Below, piece after piece: positions 56,387 through 64,000 of a stretch of 64,000 nucleotides of DNA; position 1 is the stretch's first letter; each line of letters starts with the position of its first letter. The notes under the pieces are model-generated. The model had not been told where the DNA came from and made no database searches. It worked only from the letters and a program-made list of their open reading frames with translations. The DNA lies in NCBI RefSeq assembly GCF_009914755.1, contig NC_060932.1; one strand, 5' to 3'. A program made the position numbers and the translations under genes. The DNA comes from the human T2T-CHM13v2.0 reference genome, Homo sapiens.

Positions 56387-58282
56387 GACAATGGTTGTCC
56401 ATTTTTATCAAATTTAGAACGACATGCCTTAGCCCAATGTTTTCCTTTTCCACATCTTGGACACAGGCCAGGTGGCTCTATTTTTTTTTTTTTCTTCTTC
56501 TTCTTTTTTTTTTTTTGTTGTTTATTTAAGCCTGGGCAATTCTTTTTTAGATGACCGATTTGACCACAATTATAACATTTTCCCCCAAATGTTTTAACTT
56601 GTCCTCCTAAAGCAACCCCTGTAATTGCTTAAGCCGATAGCATTGCCTTATGCATAGCTCCCCCAATCCCATCACAAACCTTCACATATTCTGTAATTAC
56701 ATCAACTCCTGCTGAAACATTTCCTCTTAATGGCTTTATGGCTGATTGACACTCTGAATTTGCGTTTTGATAAGCCATTATTTCTACAATAACTTTTCGG
56801 GCGTTACCTGCAATGGATTTTTGAGCTGCATCTTGCAACCTTGCCACAAAGTCTGGATATGGCTCTTTAGATCCTTGTCTGATTGAACTAAAAGAAGGGC
56901 ATGAGGTTCCTGGGTCCTGAATGTTTTCCCAGGCCCTGAGGCAAATAGCCCTTATAGTTGTTCAATAGCCTCATTTTCATTACTGATTGTTGGTTAATAG
57001 TGTCCCAGTTTGGACCTCTTCCTAGCAATTGGTCTTCATCTATATAAGCAACAGGATTAGTAGCCTGATTTTTTCGTACCTGTTCTTGTACCCCATCAAT
57101 CCACCAGGTTTTAAACTGGAGATACTGAGAGGGTGAAAGGGAAGATTTAGCCAGAATTTCCCAATCATAAGAAATAAGTCTATTTCCATGAGCAATGGAA
57201 TTTAATAATGTTCTCATATAAGGAGAGTTAGGTCCATATTGTTTAACTCCTGCTTGACTGCCTTTCCCGGCTGGCATCGGTTGTAACATTACCGGATATT
57301 GCCATGCCTCAAGATCTCCCTGTTTTCTGGCTGTAGCAATGGTCTCATGCAGTGCACTATCTTGTCCACTAGGTGGTACCGTAAGATCAAACGCCATCGC
57401 CGTGGGTTGTTGATATAGTGCCTTGCTATTTGGCACAGGACGCACCGCCTGAGATCCATACTGAACCTCTGGAGACGGCGGATACTGAAATGCGGCTGGC
57501 GGCTGGTGTTGATAAACTACCGATGGTTGGGTTTTATTTTCTACTGGCTGGTATTGCGGATACTGTGCCTGGATTGGCATTTGAGATTGTGACATCACAG
57601 GCATCTGAACCGCGGGAGAAGGAGTTGGTGGCCATCGTGTTCTAAACTCTGATGGTCCAAATAATTCTGGACCTCCTTCCCCCAATTTTGATGATTCAGG
57701 ATATATTACCTCCTGTAATTGATTATAGTCAACATTCTGCATTGACCAAGTCAGTACAGGCTCTACTGCATTTTTACAATGTGAACTTTCCATTCCTTTC
57801 TTAAACTCTGTTCCTGCCTCTTCTTCACAATCTATTACACAGCTTTCAGGGGCATCAAAGACTGAAACTCTATCTTCTTCTATTTGAAATTGTTCTAAAG
57901 TTGCTTTAATAGTGGCCCAATCATTCCATACTGTAAGTGGGATGATTTTACCTTCCCTAATTGCTTGTTTTAGTTCTTTGCCAATTTTTTCCCAATCTTT
58001 TAAATCTAAAGTTCCCTTTTCTGGAAACCTTGGGCAGAATTGTTCTATTGTTTGAAATAGCGTAACTAGATTTTCTGTAGAAGCTTTAACTCCCCCTCTT
58101 CTTAAGAGAATTTTAATGAAGCTGAGATAAGAAGCATATTTACTTTCAGTTTGCCCCATTGTTATCCTGGATTCCTCCCAGCACACAAGCTAACCGCAAG
58201 GCTGACTGTGGACGTACTCGGGAATCTCTCATCGGCTGTCCTCAATGCTCACGTTCTTAGCGTACCTTCACCCTAGAGAAGG

Positions 58283-58300
58283 GCCCCACGCTGGGCTCCA
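58283..58300 (-). other. Primer-binding site (tRNA-Lys type, degenerate)
   Basis: TGGAGCCCAGCGTGGGG two nt after the 5' LTR. Confidence 0.8.
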
Positions 58301-58302
58301 GA

Positions 58303-59329
58303 TGAAGGGGTGGTCTGCCCCTCCACACCTGTGGGTATTTCTAGTCAGGTGGGATGAGAGACGGAGAAAAGAAATAAGACACAGAGACAAAGTATAGAGA
58401 AACATCAGTGGGTCCAGGGGACCGGCACTCAGCACACCAAGGACATGCACAGGCACCGGCCTCTGAGTTCCCTCAGTTTTTATTGATTATGATTTTCATT
58501 ATTTCAGCAAAAAGGAATATACTAGGAAAGCAGGGTGATAATAAGGAGGTCAACAAAAAACATGTGAGCAAAAGAATCTATATCATAATTAAGTTCAAGG
58601 GAAGGTACTATGACTGGACGTGTACGTAAGCCAGATTTATGTTTCTCTCCACCCAAAAATCTCAGTGGAGTAAAGAATAACAAGGCAGCATTGCTGCAAA
58701 CATGTCTTGCCTCCCATCACAGGGCAGCTTTTCTCCGATCTCAGACTTAAACAAATGTACAATCGGGTTTTACACCGAGACTTTGAGTTCCCAGGGGCAG
58801 GCAGGAGACAGTGGCCTTCCTCCATCTCAACTGCAAGAGGCTTTCCTCTTTTACTAATTCACCTCACCACAGACCCTTTATGGGTATCGGGCTGGGGAAC
58901 AGTCAGGTCTTTCTCATCCCACGAGGCCATATTTCAGATTATCACATGGGGAGAAACCTTGGACAATACCCTGCTTTCAAGGGCAGAGGTCCCTGCGGCT
59001 TTCCACAGTGTATTGTGCCCCTGGTTTATTGAGACTAGAGAATGGCAATGACTTTTACCAAGTATACTGCTTGTAAACATTTGGTTAACAAGGCACGTCC
59101 TGCACAGCCCTAGATCCCTCAAACCTTGATTTTATACAACACATGTTTTTGTGAACTCCAAGTTGGGTCAAAGTGGTTGGGGCAAAGTGGCTGGGGCAAA
59201 GCTACAAATGAACAACATCTCTGCAAAGCAATTGTTTTAAGTACAGATCTTTTTCAAAATGGAGTCTCTTATGTCTTCCCTTTCGACATAGACACAGTGA
59301 CAGTCGGATCTCTCTTTCTTTTCCCTACA
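58303..59329 (-). mobile_element. 5' LTR of the HERV-K provirus
   Basis: Reverse complement runs TGTAGGGAAAAGAAAG...CCACCCCTTCA, followed by the PBS. Confidence 0.95.
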
Positions 59330-59545
59330 CAAATAAAGAGCCCAGTGCCTTTTCTCATTGCTCAAGAGATTGAAGGGGTAGGAAGAAAAGATGTTAAGTT
59401 ATAAACATGTTTCAGTTTTGGTACCACTTGAGCCAATTTATGTTTTGAAGAGGAAAGGGTCTTGCCTACAAAGTCAGTCCCTGGGTTTTCCTTCTGCTTA
59501 TGGAATCCAGGCAATGGGCAAAGAGAAAAAGAAAACTAAGGAATC

Positions 59546-60337
<792 letters not shown>

Positions 60338-61176
60338 AGAGTCTACCATTCTTTGAATTCACTGCAGTGCAAAGACTGGAACATGTGGAACTCCAGGTGT
60401 ATATGGGTTATGTAGAGATGCTAGGGGCAGATTAAGGAAGGAAAGATATGAGAAGCCTGCAGAGCATGCTTTCCCAGACTGTATGGGCCCTGGGAAAGGA
60501 GAAGTGGACAGAAAGGGAGCACTAGGTACCCTGGAAGAGAAGATTCATCCAAGTCATCAGGGAAGTTACTAATGCAAGGGAAAAAATTTAGAGACAGGGC
60601 CAGCCACGCTTCTTCCAAGTCCTTTCTGTCTGCTCAGTCACCTCTATGCTTATTTTTCTTCTTTCCTCTAAGTAGTGTCATGCGTTTTCTTCCTATTCCT
60701 AGTCGCTCCTAGTCAACTAACTCCTCTCTTTACCATCTTTTCATCAGAACTTGAAACCTCCTCTCCTTCATGTATTAGTGATCATATTTCTCCATAATAC
60801 TGCTAGAAACAAGAATTGAAACCTGGAAAACCTGCATTTGAGAACCAGATCTCCCTCTGCTAGCTATTTGAGAAGTTATTTTGTTCCATTCTTTTTGTTG
60901 TTGTCGAAACAGGGTCTCACTCTGTCGCCCAGGCTAGAGTGCAGTGGTTCAATCTTGGCTCACTGCAGCCTCAATCTCCTGGGCTCAATCAATCCTTCCA
61001 CATCAGCCTCCTGAGTAGCTGAAACTACAGGTGTGTGCCACCACAGCTGGCTAATTTTTAATGCTTTTTTTTTGTTTACTTATTTTTTTTTTTTGTAGAG
61101 ATGGTGTCTTGCTATGTTGTGTAGGCTGGTCTCAAACACATGGGCTCAAGCGATCCTCCTGCCTTGGCCTCTCAGA

Positions 61177-62194
61177 TGAAATGGGAAAAGTTCTGTTGTC
61201 CCCCTCGAAGGGCATGCGATGCGGGTGTGGTTCGTTTATTCAGTGCCCCACTGCTCAAACCTCTAGGAGAGCATGCAGACAGGCAGGGAGACCCATGGCA
61301 GTGTCCAGGGGTGAATGTTTATAGTTGAAGCCCCAGTGGGCGTGTGTTACAGGGTGCTCTTTTAGTTTAGCCCTCTGTAGGTAGCTTGTGTTAGTCGGCT
61401 CAATTAGACCCCTGCCTTATTGCAAGGAGAGAGGGCTCTCTTTGTCCCGGGGTTCTTGCCTTGGTGTACCAGAAGTGGTGTGATCTCAGCTCACTGCAAG
61501 CTCCTACTCCTGGGTTCACGCCATTCTCCTGCCTCAGCCTTCCAAGTAGCTGGGACTACAGGCACCCGCCACCACGCCTGGCTAATTTTTTTGTATTTTT
61601 AGTAGAGATGGGGTTTCACTGTGTTAGCCAGGATGGTCTGGATCTCCTGACCTCGTGATCTGCCCGCCTCGGCCTCCCAAAGTTCTGGGATTACAGGCGT
61701 GAGAGTGCAAGGTTTTATTGAGTGGAAGTATCTCTCAGCAGATGGGCGTGCCAGAAGGGAGATGGTTTACCCCTGGAGTTGGATGAGTGGCCGGACTCTT
61801 CTCCGAATGTCCCAGCCAAACTCTGCGTTGTTCTGCAGTCAGTGGCCTGCGGTGTGACGGTGCCCATTGGTGCGTTCCTGTTGAAGTCCAGCACCCTTGT
61901 GTTCCTCTGCTGATGTGCTCCTCTCAAAGTCCAGCTGCCTGTGTCTGCCTGCTAGGGTCTCAGGGTTTTTATAGGCACAGAATGGGGGTGTGGCAGCCAG
62001 GGTGGTCTTGGGAAATGCAACATCTGGGCAGGAAAACAAAAATGCCAGTCCTCACCTAGGTCCGTGGACACAGGCCCTGGGGTGGAGCCCTAGCCAGGGA
62101 CCACACCCTCCTCTACCCAGTACTTCCCTTCCTCACTTCCATATCATTTAAAGGGACCACATTCTTCCCTTCTGAGCACTTCCCTTCTGTATCA
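61177..62194 (-). mobile_element. ERV1-class solo LTR (LTR9-like) inserted in an Alu and containing an Alu fragment
   Basis: Ends TGAAATGGGAAAAGTT and CTTCTGTATCA; imperfect TSD CAGA/CAAA; host Alu ~60891-61176 resumes at 62195-62235; subfamily name from recall. Confidence 0.7.
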
Positions 62195-62419
62195 CAAAGT
62201 TTTGGGATTATAGGCATGAGGCACTGGTCCCAGCCAATTCCGTTCTTTTAATGCAAACTAGAAAATAGGTGTTCAGAAAGGCCTGCCCTATCCACCTCAG
62301 GGAGTTGCTATGAAGATCAAATTAGACCATGTGCAACAGAAGTTTAGAAAAGATTCCAAAAGCACTGTGCAATGGGAATGTATTTTTAAACTCCACTGAG
62401 TGGACTTAAAACTATGGTT

Positions 62420-64000
<1,581 letters not shown>

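Overview
Primate (human-like) genomic DNA from a mosaic segmental duplication. The gene order matches the 8p23.1 duplicon family; which paralogous copy this is cannot be decided from the sequence alone. From left to right: (1) one ~7.6-kb FAM90A repeat unit, holding a solo HERV-K LTR5A and a FAM90A copy with a single nonsense codon; (2) an ALG1-like pseudogene (ALG1 exons 10-13, + strand) fused to that unit; (3) a convergent, apparently intact 8-exon, 330-aa FAM86B gene (EEF2KMT-family lysine methyltransferase, - strand) with a CpG/G-rich promoter; (4) an Alu-dense region with nested LTRs, two exons of an ENPP7-like pseudogene and an ~800-bp purine-pyrimidine minisatellite; (5) a near full-length, defective type-2 HERV-K(HML-2) provirus (49792-59329, - strand). 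I found no wholly new biological system. The most interesting signals are a TATA + DUX-motif promoter module upstream of FAM90A, the 7,629-bp terminal redundancy of the FAM90A unit, variants shared by the solo LTR and only the proviral 5' LTR, a rec ORF disabled only at its splice donor, and an ancient ENPP7-like paralog with the provirus 97 bp upstream of one exon. Family and subfamily names and reference-protein comparisons are from recall, not from database searches.
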